Virus record (IMG/VR): IMGVR_UViG_2713896901_000010
Source: a virus
Taxonomy: Duplodnaviria > Heunggongvirae > Uroviricota > Caudoviricetes
Strand: one strand, 5' to 3'
Length of the DNA stretch: 35,122 bases
Both the position numbers and the translations under genes were made by a program. A model generated the notes under the pieces. It searched no databases and was not told the origin of the DNA. It saw nothing but the letters and a program-made list of their open reading frames with translations. This document shows positions 1-7,424 of the stretch, one piece after another. The first letter of the stretch is position 1. Every line of letters starts with the position of its first letter.

Positions 1-258
1 ATGCAGCAGTATCACTATCCACTGGAAGACGGATTTACCGAAAGGATTCACACGCCGGGAGGCGTCAGGTCACTGGTGGAGGGATCGCACTTGATGAAAT
101 TACTCCGGGATCTCAATAAGGATGGATTTAATGTCGATGGCCCACTTGCCGAACTGACTGCACTGATTAACTACGTCACCAGCTCACAGATGTCTATGCA
201 GGATCTGCAAACACATCTCGACTATTGTGCCGAACAATTACGAAAACAAACCAGATAA
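1..258 (+). CDS. C-terminal fragment of an antirepressor-family protein (5' end upstream of window)
   Basis: Frame open from window edge to TAA 256-258; its ~80 aa share ~45% identity with the C-terminal module of the two complete antirepressor genes (576-1226, 2008-2952). Confidence 0.5.
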   Translation: MQQYHYPLEDGFTERIHTPGGVRSLVEGSHLMKLLRDLNKDGFNVDGPLAELTALINYVTSSQMSMQDLQTHLDYCAEQLRKQTR

Positions 259-261
259 GGT

Positions 262-290
262 TTGAAATTACCAAGTGGAGTGCTTATATT
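262..290 (+). promoter_or_regulatory. sigma70-like promoter TTGAAA-N17-TATATT
   Basis: -35 TTGAAA 262-267, 17-bp spacer, -10 TATATT 285-290; last T of -10 is first T of operator 290-304. Confidence 0.5.
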
Positions 291-304
291 TACCTTTGCG
301 GTAA
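290..304. promoter_or_regulatory. operator dyad TTACC-N5-GGTAA (site A)
   Basis: Perfect 5+5 inverted half-sites ttacc tttgc ggtaa. Confidence 0.6.
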
Positions 305-394
305 ATTTACATCGCACTCCTCTTGTGCCATAGTAATCGGGCACTGGCAAAATCCAGTGTCGGGATTGGTCTCCCGGATTACTAAGTGGCGCAT

Positions 395-417
395 ACCACG
401 CCAGACGTGGTTTTTTT
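395..417 (+). terminator. rho-independent terminator
   Basis: Stem accacg/cgtggt with 5-nt loop followed by T7 run 411-417. Confidence 0.6.
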
Positions 418-575
418 ATGCGTATAGCACAGTCATGCCAGAATTATGGTGGGCTGAATGGGGGTCCGAAAGGACGCCGGTACCACTTAGGCCGGTAAGA
501 CCAACTCCGTTCAGTTCACCACCATCTGATTGGTCTCAGCGGTGGTGATGTAATTCGCTAAGTGGAGACGCCATA

Positions 576-1226
576 ATGAACGCTCAACTCATCCCCGTAT
601 TCAACGGCACTATATCCAACGAAACCGCTCTTCTCGTTAATGCCCGTGATTTACACACTTTCCTCGATGTGGGTAAGCGATTTGCTTCGTGGATTGTCGA
701 ACGAATTGCTGAATATGGTTTCGTTGAAAATCAAGACTTTATGATTATTTCCCAAGTTCGGGAAAAAATAGGCAGAGGCCGTCCTGCAAAAGACTACCAC
801 CTCACCCTCGATACAGCCAAAGAGCTGGCGATGGTCGAGCGTAACGAAAAAGGTCGTCAGGTACGACGCTACTTCATTGAATGCGAGAAACGTTTAAGAC
901 AACAAGAAACAAAAGTGGAGAAGGTCTTGTCAGGCTTCATGCCCGCCATTATGGAGGCGATCAAGCTGGAAGACAAAAAAGAATACAGCGCCCCGCTGAA
1001 GCCCGGCTACCGCAGTCTGATTCATTCTCCGTCTGGTGTTCTCGGCCTGACGGAGAACTCACTGCTGATGAATCTGCTGAACCAGTTACAGGACGACGGG
1101 CACGACGTATCGGGCGCGGCGGCGGAGCTGACAACCATGTTCTGCTACATCGTCGGTGTGAGCAAATGCCTGCGTGATATCCAGACACACGCGGAGTACA
1201 TCAACGACAAGGCAGGATTCTTCTGA
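576..1226 (+). CDS. phage antirepressor, KilAC-type N-terminal domain plus shared C-terminal module
   Basis: ATG 576 with GGAG 9 nt upstream; N-terminal ...DYHLTLDTAKELAMVERNEKGRQVRRYFIECEKR matches the KilA-C/ANT antirepressor signature; last 80 aa identical to the C-terminus of the 2008-2952 product. Confidence 0.8.
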   Translation: MNAQLIPVFNGTISNETALLVNARDLHTFLDVGKRFASWIVERIAEYGFVENQDFMIISQVREKIGRGRPAKDYHLTLDTAKELAMVERNEKGRQVRRYFIECEKRLRQQETKVEKVLSGFMPAIMEAIKLEDKKEYSAPLKPGYRSLIHSPSGVLGLTENSLLMNLLNQLQDDGHDVSGAAAELTTMFCYIVGVSKCLRDIQTHAEYINDKAGFF

Positions 1227-1248
1227 CGGCGGCGGCACAGGGATGTGC
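994..1248. repeat. inverted repeat arm 1 (~255 bp, ~95% identical to reverse complement of 1985-2241)
   Basis: Direct comparison: only a handful of synonymous third-position differences plus one 3-5 nt indel just after the stop codon. Confidence 0.8.
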
Positions 1249-1260
1249 CTTTAAATAATT
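1234..1260 (+). terminator. weak hairpin terminator after antirepressor gene
   Basis: ggcaca-ggga-tgtgcc hairpin followed by tttaaataatt; lies inside the inverted repeat. Confidence 0.35.
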
Positions 1261-1290
1261 CTGTACAGATTGCAGGTGAATAGCGTACTA

Positions 1291-1305
1291 TTACCCCAAA
1301 GGTAA
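1291..1305. promoter_or_regulatory. operator dyad TTACC-N5-GGTAA (site B)
   Basis: ttacc ccaaa ggtaa; abuts a -10-like TACTAT (1286-1291), 14 bp upstream of ATG 1319. Confidence 0.6.
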
Positions 1306-1318
1306 ACCGAGAGTTTAC

Positions 1319-1534
1319 ATGAGGGGGGGAAGCATGGAACTGAACATCATCACATTAATGAAAGCGCTTATTGGCGGTGCAGGAAGTGGCTTTGCTCTTT
1401 CTGGCGGGCTGTCTATGATCATACCTACTTTCACAGTGACGACTGGCGTTGCCTACCTTTTTGCCATTACTGGCGGTCTGGCTATGGCAGGTACTTACAT
1501 TTTAAAAAAAATGAGTTCCGGTAGTGCAGACTGA
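1319..1534 (+). CDS. small glycine-zipper membrane peptide (66-71 aa), function unknown
   Basis: ATG 1319 or ATG 1334 preceded by GAGGGGGGG; product MELNIITLMKALIGG/AGSGFALSGGLSMIIPTFTVTTGVAYLFAITGGLAMAGTYILKK is hydrophobic with repeated small-xxx-small motifs; AT-rich. Confidence 0.55.
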   Translation: MRGGSMELNIITLMKALIGGAGSGFALSGGLSMIIPTFTVTTGVAYLFAITGGLAMAGTYILKKMSSGSAD

Positions 1535-1871
1535 GATCGTACAAGAATCACATTGGTACAATCCACAGACCGCTCAGGAGCTGGCGATCTTTTATTGTAT
1601 CCTTTGCATTGTGTATATAGTAATCCACCTGATATGGGATTTTCTCTCAAAAGAGACTGGTAGGTTTTCTGTTGTTAACCTTCAGTACAAACTGAATGAG
1701 GTATATTCATCAACCACATTCGCAACGAGTGGTTTTTTCCTCGTTATGTTATGCGACATGAATAACCCTCTTAGAACATCAGATGCGTTTATCATACCGC
1801 TTATCTTGGCAATGCTTACTGGATTCATGATATCAATATCCGCAATAGCGCCAAAAAAAGTTAACATTTAA
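1524..1871 (+). CDS. predicted 3-TM membrane protein (start uncertain, GTG 1524)
   Basis: Overlaps stop of upstream gene; three hydrophobic segments; no ATG before residue 75, so the start is unresolved; stop TAA 1869-1871 sits at the foot of a strong terminator. Confidence 0.4.
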   Translation: MQTEIVQESHWYNPQTAQELAIFYCILCIVYIVIHLIWDFLSKETGRFSVVNLQYKLNEVYSSTTFATSGFFLVMLCDMNNPLRTSDAFIIPLILAMLTGFMISISAIAPKKVNI

Positions 1872-1893
1872 GCCCGCACTGCGGGCTTTTTTG
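1871..1893 (+). terminator. rho-independent terminator
   Basis: agcccgc-act-gcgggct hairpin followed by TTTTTT. Confidence 0.75.
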
Positions 1894-1930
1894 TGTCTGC
1901 GGATTCCCGCCCGGGCGGCGGTGGCATTCG

Positions 1931-1956
1931 TTAAAAACAAGGCCGCGAAAGCGGCC
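1931..1956 (-). terminator. rho-independent terminator for the minus-strand ant gene
   Basis: On minus strand GGCCGC-tttc-GCGGCC followed by TTGTTTTT. Confidence 0.6.
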
Positions 1957-1957
1957 T

Positions 1958-1969
1958 GTGACATGTCAC
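1958..1969. repeat. 12-bp perfect palindrome GTGACATGTCAC (copy 1 of 2)
   Basis: Identical 12-mer recurs at 22609-22620; both copies sit just 5' of a minus-strand terminator. Confidence 0.5.
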
Positions 1970-1984
1970 GATAGTTCCGTTTTG

Positions 1985-2241
1985 CACATCCCTGTGCCGC
2001 CGTTCTGTCAGAAGAACCCTGCCTTGTCGTTGATGTACTCCGCGTGGGTCTGGATATCACGCAGGCACTTGCTCACACCGACGATGTAGCAGAACATGGT
2101 GGTCAGCTCCGCCGCCGCGCCCGATACATCGTGCCCGTCGTCCTGTAACTGGTTAAGCAGATTCATCAGCAGTGAGTTCTCCGTCAGGCCGAGAACACCC
2201 GACGGCGAATGAATCAGACTGCGGTAGCCGGGCTTCAGCGG
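1985..2241. repeat. inverted repeat arm 2 (partner of 994-1248)
   Basis: Reverse complement matches 994-1248 at ~95%. Confidence 0.8.
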
Positions 2242-2952
2242 ATAACCATAACATTTTGTCTGTGTTTTAATTGCCTCACGAAGCGCATCTAACATCTTGA
2301 CTGCCACTTCATCATTCTCTGATGCAGATCCAGCAGGGAGATGCTCCCCTTCAAGCGGAACCCGAGCAACAAGAGACAACGCTTCGGCGAATTGATCTTC
2401 ATCAATTTCTTTGTACGAACAGCCAAAATGAGATTTCAGTGACGACCACATGGTGATCATCGCCTTAGCCTGTTTTTCTTTTGGCAGAGACTGACCGCGA
2501 CTCATGACGAGTTGTTTAATGGCTTCCTGCTGTTCAGTGGTTATTTTACCCGGCAGCGCCTTTTTAGCTTTGCGTGGGTTAACCACATGGCCTTTAGTCC
2601 AGTACTCGTAGAGCACATCGTCACACTCTTCCTGATACTGGATTACCTTGTCGCGGATTTCAGGGCGGACTTTGTTAGGGCTGATGGTTTGCAACCAGCC
2701 AGCAAGTTTGCGAAGTGCCAAACAAATAATCTCACGGCGCTGTTCATCCCCAGGAAGCTGCATTGTGATTTTCACAATGCAGGTTTTAAACCGCTGCTTC
2801 ATTTTCGTAAACTGTGAAGCCCAATCCATACCCATGCCTTCAACGATAGGTTTCATTGGGGTGTACGGTTCTCCGTTGTGATTGACAACATAAAGTTCTG
2901 CGCCGTGGAATGGCACGTTGATAGTAGATACCGCTGTTGCTATACTCGCCAT
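2008..2952 (-). CDS. ant: antirepressor Ant (P22 Ant-like N-terminus plus shared C-terminal module)
   Basis: ATG 2952 with AGGA upstream; N-terminus ...INVPFHGAELYVVNHNGEPYTPMKPIVEGMG resembles P22 Ant ...SYVPFNGQQVRTVLIDGEPWF; sits downstream of arc as in P22 immI. Confidence 0.8.
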   Translation of the reverse strand: MASIATAVSTINVPFHGAELYVVNHNGEPYTPMKPIVEGMGMDWASQFTKMKQRFKTCIVKITMQLPGDEQRREIICLALRKLAGWLQTISPNKVRPEIRDKVIQYQEECDDVLYEYWTKGHVVNPRKAKKALPGKITTEQQEAIKQLVMSRGQSLPKEKQAKAMITMWSSLKSHFGCSYKEIDEDQFAEALSLVARVPLEGEHLPAGSASENDEVAVKMLDALREAIKTQTKCYGYPLKPGYRSLIHSPSGVLGLTENSLLMNLLNQLQDDGHDVSGAAAELTTMFCYIVGVSKCLRDIQTHAEYINDKAGFF

Positions 2953-3024
2953 GTCGTTAATTCCTATACGTAGTTTTACGATACTGAAGCCCTGACGGTC
3001 TGGCCACCGTTGGGCTTCGCTGTT

Positions 3025-3192
3025 TTATGCCACGCTATTCTTCTCACCAGTGAGTCCATACACTTTCCTCAGCTGATAGATAATCTCTGTATTGAACTTT
3101 CGGCATTCTTTTTCGCCATTTCTTTCAATAGCTAACTTCACATCGTCCGGAAAACGAACTCGTCGTTGACACATCTCTTTTGCTTTTTGCAT
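3025..3192 (-). CDS. arc: Arc-like ribbon-helix-helix repressor (55 aa)
   Basis: Internal ATG 3192 with AAGGAG at 7-nt spacing; RRVRFPDDVKLAIERNGEKECRKFNTEIIYQL parallels P22 Arc RWPREVLDLVRKVAEENGRSVNSEIYQRV. Confidence 0.75.
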   Translation of the reverse strand: MQKAKEMCQRRVRFPDDVKLAIERNGEKECRKFNTEIIYQLRKVYGLTGEKNSVA

Positions 3193-3206
3193 TTCATATC
3201 TCCTTG

Positions 3207-3266
3207 GCCCCACCGTGGGGCAAAACAATTGTCACACCGTGCGTCATTGATGTCAAGCACACGGTG
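3207..3266. promoter_or_regulatory. divergent arc/mnt control region with three spaced CACCGTG/CACGGTG heptamers
   Basis: caccgtg 3211-3217 (inside palindrome gccccaccgtggggc 3207-3221), caccgtg 3235-3241, cacggtg 3260-3266; spacing 24 and 25 bp. Confidence 0.5.
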
Positions 3267-3312
3267 AGGCATACTTCAATCATTGCAAGTAACTCAATAT
3301 TTGGTGAAGAAC

Positions 3313-3744
3313 ATGAGCAGAGAAGATCCACAACTAAGGATCAGACTTCCCGTTGAAGTAAAAGAAAAAATAGAAATTTCTGCAAAAGCCAATAAGCGAT
3401 CAATGAACGCTGAAATAGTACAACGTCTTGACACCAGCTTTCTGAAAGATATTCATGAAGATGACGTAATTTCTGCTTATGAAGCAAAAATTATTGCAAA
3501 CAATGCACGGCATGAAATATCAAATATTATTTTCAAAAGAACTTTTAATGAAATCAATAAGAAAATAACACTTGGACATACAAGTTTTTATATAAACCTT
3601 AATGACCTTGAACTGGAATCACTTGCAGATAATGATTACCAGATCATCTTTGAAAAAACATTTAATAAGCTCAATGAACTAGGTTACATCATCTGTGAAA
3701 ACTCATGGGATGCAGATGGTTTTGGAATTGAAATACCTGAATAG
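3313..3744 (+). CDS. mnt: Mnt-like RHH repressor with ~60-aa extra C-terminal extension
   Basis: ATG 3313 (table start 3283 is TTG); MSREDPQLRIRLPVEVKEKIEISAKANKRSMNAEIVQRL closely parallels P22 Mnt MARDDPHFNFRMPMEVREKLKFRAEANGRSMNSELLQIV; divergent from arc-ant as in P22. Confidence 0.8.
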   Translation: MSREDPQLRIRLPVEVKEKIEISAKANKRSMNAEIVQRLDTSFLKDIHEDDVISAYEAKIIANNARHEISNIIFKRTFNEINKKITLGHTSFYINLNDLELESLADNDYQIIFEKTFNKLNELGYIICENSWDADGFGIEIPE

Positions 3745-3786
3745 GAAGAACAAAAGGCGTGTACATATTACACGTCTTTAATACAA

Positions 3787-4398
3787 TTGAAAAACGCCAC
3801 ATTACTGATGTATGTTACAACAAGGAGCGATATTTTGAAAACCATATCTATATTAAAGGTTGCATTAGGCGTCGCTATTATTTTGACTCTCTCAATATTG
3901 TTTTATTTTTACCACAAAAAAACTGCTATTGCTCTTGATGGTCACGCGGCAAACTCATTTTTCTCAGAGTACATAGTGCCGCTATCAGGAAGCGGTATAA
4001 CAAATAAATATACTGACTATGACATCAAATATGGAATTGATGATGGGGAGACTATTGCATTACATGTAATCATTAAAAACCTAATGACAGTAAATAAAAA
4101 TACAGACTTCAACGATAAAAATACAATACATCACAACAACAGCAAAACATTAATTTCTTATAGTAGCAACATCTATACGGATAAATACCTAAAATACATC
4201 TCAGAAGATACAATAAAAGCAACCAGCGAAAAGTTAAAAAACATATATTGTGCATCCGGCAGTTTTCACAAATTATCGCCGCAAGAGCGTTTATTCTACG
4301 AAGCAAGAAAACAACGTAAGTCAATAATATTCCATTATTATGCTGATTCAGGGGAGTCACTCATATTTAATATTGGGGTTTCCCCTGAATCATGCTAA
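3787..4398 (+). CDS. membrane-anchored protein of unknown function at the sieA position
   Basis: Most likely start is TTG 3835 (AAGGAG 3822-3827, 7-nt spacer), alternative ATG 3808; one N-terminal TM helix then an Asn/Lys/Tyr-rich domain; very AT-rich. Confidence 0.55.
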   Translation: MKNATLLMYVTTRSDILKTISILKVALGVAIILTLSILFYFYHKKTAIALDGHAANSFFSEYIVPLSGSGITNKYTDYDIKYGIDDGETIALHVIIKNLMTVNKNTDFNDKNTIHHNNSKTLISYSSNIYTDKYLKYISEDTIKATSEKLKNIYCASGSFHKLSPQERLFYEARKQRKSIIFHYYADSGESLIFNIGVSPESC

Positions 4399-4409
4399 AG
4401 GCGTTTAAC

Positions 4410-7400
4410 TCACCGCATCACCGGATCCACCTGGTTTATTAGTGGCGCAATCCAGAACAGGTTATTGCCTGGTATCAGGGTTCGGACATTATGCACAATA
4501 CGATCACCGGCATCACCATTCAACACTCCTGCGGTCACATCAATGATGCTATCCGCAAGACCAAATGACGGTCCGAATAGAGATCCTACGAATCCACGAC
4601 TGGCATACCTAGACTGTGTGCCAGTGCCAAATAAAGCCCCCAGCCCAACAGCACCACCAGTAGCCTTTTCAGCCATGTTGTTATATTCCATCAATGGCCC
4701 AAGAATACCGGATCTATCTATACCCTCAAGCACCAGCTTCTCTGGTGACCAGTCAACATTTTTCCCTTTCGATGCTTCTTTTAGCGCATAGACCAGTGAG
4801 CCAAGAGCAATCTGAAATGCAGTGCCATAATAAAATTGCGCAGTTCCTTCCTGTAACCCACCAAGTAGCGCACGGTTGTATGAAGCCGTTGTGAATGATT
4901 TAAACTGAAATATCGTTCGCCCCATTGGAGTACTCGCCCATAAAGGTGTGTCACCAATACCGGGGGTGATGATAGTGTTATTAACGTCTTTCAGAACCGC
5001 TGACTGGAATACTCCGGCAACGTACTGATCGTCCCATTTATCAAAGTTACCAATGTGCCATCCATCAATTACCTCACCATGTTTCTCGAACTCACTGCGA
5101 ATACGCGCAGCCATATTGTCGTTGATACCGAGTTTTGCCATGCGACGTGCAGAAAACGCACCAGACAAAATACCGTCTGACGTGAGCATTCCGTTCATGG
5201 ATTTGTTTATGTCATTAAATCGATCCATGAGTGTCAGCTTGCCGAAGGCATCAGTAATTCGCTCCATTCCTGCTTCGACTGCTGTTGTCCTGGAAGAACT
5301 GTCAACAAGATCACCAATTGCACGAGAACGTGAATGTAGTACAGCTTCCAATCCAATCCCCATCTTCAACATCTCTTCTTTGCTGGCCTTAAATGCCGGT
5401 GATTGGGATATCTGAGAAGCATAGCCTTTCATGGTGTTACGGAAACCATTAACCATAACCCCTCTGGCCAGATCTGGAATAGCTGATACTGTCATTCCAC
5501 CGAGTTTGGTCGTGAAGTTCACATCCCGCAGAAAAGCGCCAGCACGAACAAAAAACGAAGACGGATCATCAGGCATACCATATGTACCAACAAGACGATC
5601 GCGTAATGCTGTTATGTCTCTGAGATCATTTGCTCTTGATTTTGAAAGTCTGGACTGTTCTTTCCGTAATTCCTTTTCGTACTTTCGCATTAATGAATCG
5701 AGTTTACCCTGAGGAACAACTTCACCATTGCTCTCATAACGTGCTTTCAGATTTGCCACACTTTCGTCATATTTCGCCTTTATTTTTTCAGGCACTTCCC
5801 GTAACAGACTGTCATATTCGTCCTCAATTAATTGCAGACGCTCAGTCATAGTTCGTTTGCCAAATGTTCTCGTCAACTCAATTTCTGCTGCCGCTTCACG
5901 GATATGACGTTGCAGCACGTAATTCACATCACTTTCAAGATAATCCCTGATAAGACTATCAGGAACATTTAATGTTCTTTCTTTCGTACTACCTGCGGCT
6001 TTTACAGAAAATACGCTGACAAAATCCTGTGGAACCTTAGCACCAGTAATTTTATTAATTACGATATCCGCTGCAATTTCAGCATCCTCAGGATCCAGTG
6101 TTTTATTTCCTCTCGACCACCAGCCAACCAAAATACGTCGAAATTTATCGCGTTCACTGATTATTTTTCCAACTTTATATATGCGTGGGAAATAGCTTGC
6201 CTGGCCTAATGCTTTCAGTTCTTCATCTGGCGGCAATAAACCAAGCTTTTGCATTTCAACTTTCACCCGATTTAATACAGTTCGCATCGCCTGCGCCGTT
6301 TCCTGAACAACAGGATTAGCATGCACATCACCGCTTCGCATAGCATTCCCAACCTGCTGACGAAATGAATCAAAACTCATGTCACCACCATCAGCTTTAT
6401 ACTTTGCGTATGCCTGTTTATTTCCGACAACAACAGCAGCTTCTTCACGCTGCCATCCACGTGTACGGGTTTCTACAGCTACCGGTGTTTCAATCCCCCT
6501 TTCATTTCCTTTAAGGGTGAAATTATTTTCGGCTAACTCCAGCGTTGTTTTTCGCACCGTCTTGGACGGAGACTCCATTAACCTTGTCAAAGGAGTAAGA
6601 TAGCTCCCTGCTTTCCATGCAGCCTTTCCAACCCACCCACCGGAAACAGGGGTTAAATCATCCAGAGTCGCTGTATCAATTTTCATAGCACCAACACTAC
6701 CACCATCGGAAAGCGAAGCGGCAGCCCTGTCAGTCGCTGATGTAATGCTCATATTATCAAGAGCATCAGCAACCTCACGTGTGGCTGCAGCCCGGACGGA
6801 TGGCGAAAGCGCAACACCAGCACTGGCAAACACGCCGCTCATCATCGCACCCGCTGCAACGTGAGCGGCACTTTCACCCCATGAGCGTGTTATTTGCTGA
6901 TTATTCAGTACAACCTCGCTTAATGCTGTACCGGCAGCACCAATCGCAATCTGTGAGCCAATACGCGCCAGTGCCCCTCCTTGAGCACCGGGAATAAACA
7001 TTGACGCAACAGTAACCGGATCCATTCCCGCAGCAATACTGGCAAGGGTTCCAACTACGCCAGCATCAGACAATAAACGTCTGTCTTCATTTTCATCATC
7101 TATCTGCTGCTTAATCCACGCCGTTTCCTCTGGCGATCGGGAATCTGCAAATTTCGCCCCCCAGTATTCATAACCGTGCAACTCATTTTTATCAGCATAT
7201 GGGTTATAACCCTCGACCGGTTCAAACTGTCTGGCTGGGCGGAAAAAACCAGACAGAATATTGTTCTGTCGCATTGCAGCCCCCCATACGGAAGGCTCAG
7301 GTGGCAATGGCTCAGGATTAGCCCCTTCCGGAAGGGCAACATCAAACCCAGTTTGTTCCGGCAAAACATTACCTGACGGGATCAGTCCGTTATTAAGATC

Positions 7401-7424
7401 TTCAGCTTGTGCATAAACTGGCAT
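4410..7424 (-). CDS. internal virion / ejection protein (1004 aa)
   Basis: Long ORF ending the structural operon; Ala/Gly-rich hydrophobic N-terminal third; size and position analogous to T7 gp16 / P22 gp16-class ejection proteins. Confidence 0.7.
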   Translation of the reverse strand: MPVYAQAEDLNNGLIPSGNVLPEQTGFDVALPEGANPEPLPPEPSVWGAAMRQNNILSGFFRPARQFEPVEGYNPYADKNELHGYEYWGAKFADSRSPEETAWIKQQIDDENEDRRLLSDAGVVGTLASIAAGMDPVTVASMFIPGAQGGALARIGSQIAIGAAGTALSEVVLNNQQITRSWGESAAHVAAGAMMSGVFASAGVALSPSVRAAATREVADALDNMSITSATDRAAASLSDGGSVGAMKIDTATLDDLTPVSGGWVGKAAWKAGSYLTPLTRLMESPSKTVRKTTLELAENNFTLKGNERGIETPVAVETRTRGWQREEAAVVVGNKQAYAKYKADGGDMSFDSFRQQVGNAMRSGDVHANPVVQETAQAMRTVLNRVKVEMQKLGLLPPDEELKALGQASYFPRIYKVGKIISERDKFRRILVGWWSRGNKTLDPEDAEIAADIVINKITGAKVPQDFVSVFSVKAAGSTKERTLNVPDSLIRDYLESDVNYVLQRHIREAAAEIELTRTFGKRTMTERLQLIEDEYDSLLREVPEKIKAKYDESVANLKARYESNGEVVPQGKLDSLMRKYEKELRKEQSRLSKSRANDLRDITALRDRLVGTYGMPDDPSSFFVRAGAFLRDVNFTTKLGGMTVSAIPDLARGVMVNGFRNTMKGYASQISQSPAFKASKEEMLKMGIGLEAVLHSRSRAIGDLVDSSSRTTAVEAGMERITDAFGKLTLMDRFNDINKSMNGMLTSDGILSGAFSARRMAKLGINDNMAARIRSEFEKHGEVIDGWHIGNFDKWDDQYVAGVFQSAVLKDVNNTIITPGIGDTPLWASTPMGRTIFQFKSFTTASYNRALLGGLQEGTAQFYYGTAFQIALGSLVYALKEASKGKNVDWSPEKLVLEGIDRSGILGPLMEYNNMAEKATGGAVGLGALFGTGTQSRYASRGFVGSLFGPSFGLADSIIDVTAGVLNGDAGDRIVHNVRTLIPGNNLFWIAPLINQVDPVMR

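Noticed and set aside
225-548. 107-aa plus-strand ORF in the ORF track
   Set aside because: Spans a promoter, an operator and an intrinsic terminator (262-417); Pro/Trp/Arg-rich composition; no RBS; read as non-coding regulatory DNA instead
1319-1534. Small two-TM glycine-rich protein as the phage holin
   Set aside because: No endolysin or spanin gene adjacent, short non-charged C-terminus, and location in the immI accessory region rather than a lysis cassette; kept as one alternative in the finding
1907-1918. GC-rich 12-bp palindrome CCGCCCGGGCGG between the convergent terminators
   Set aside because: Isolated and without a repeat partner elsewhere in the window; most simply part of the terminator-rich intergenic spacer
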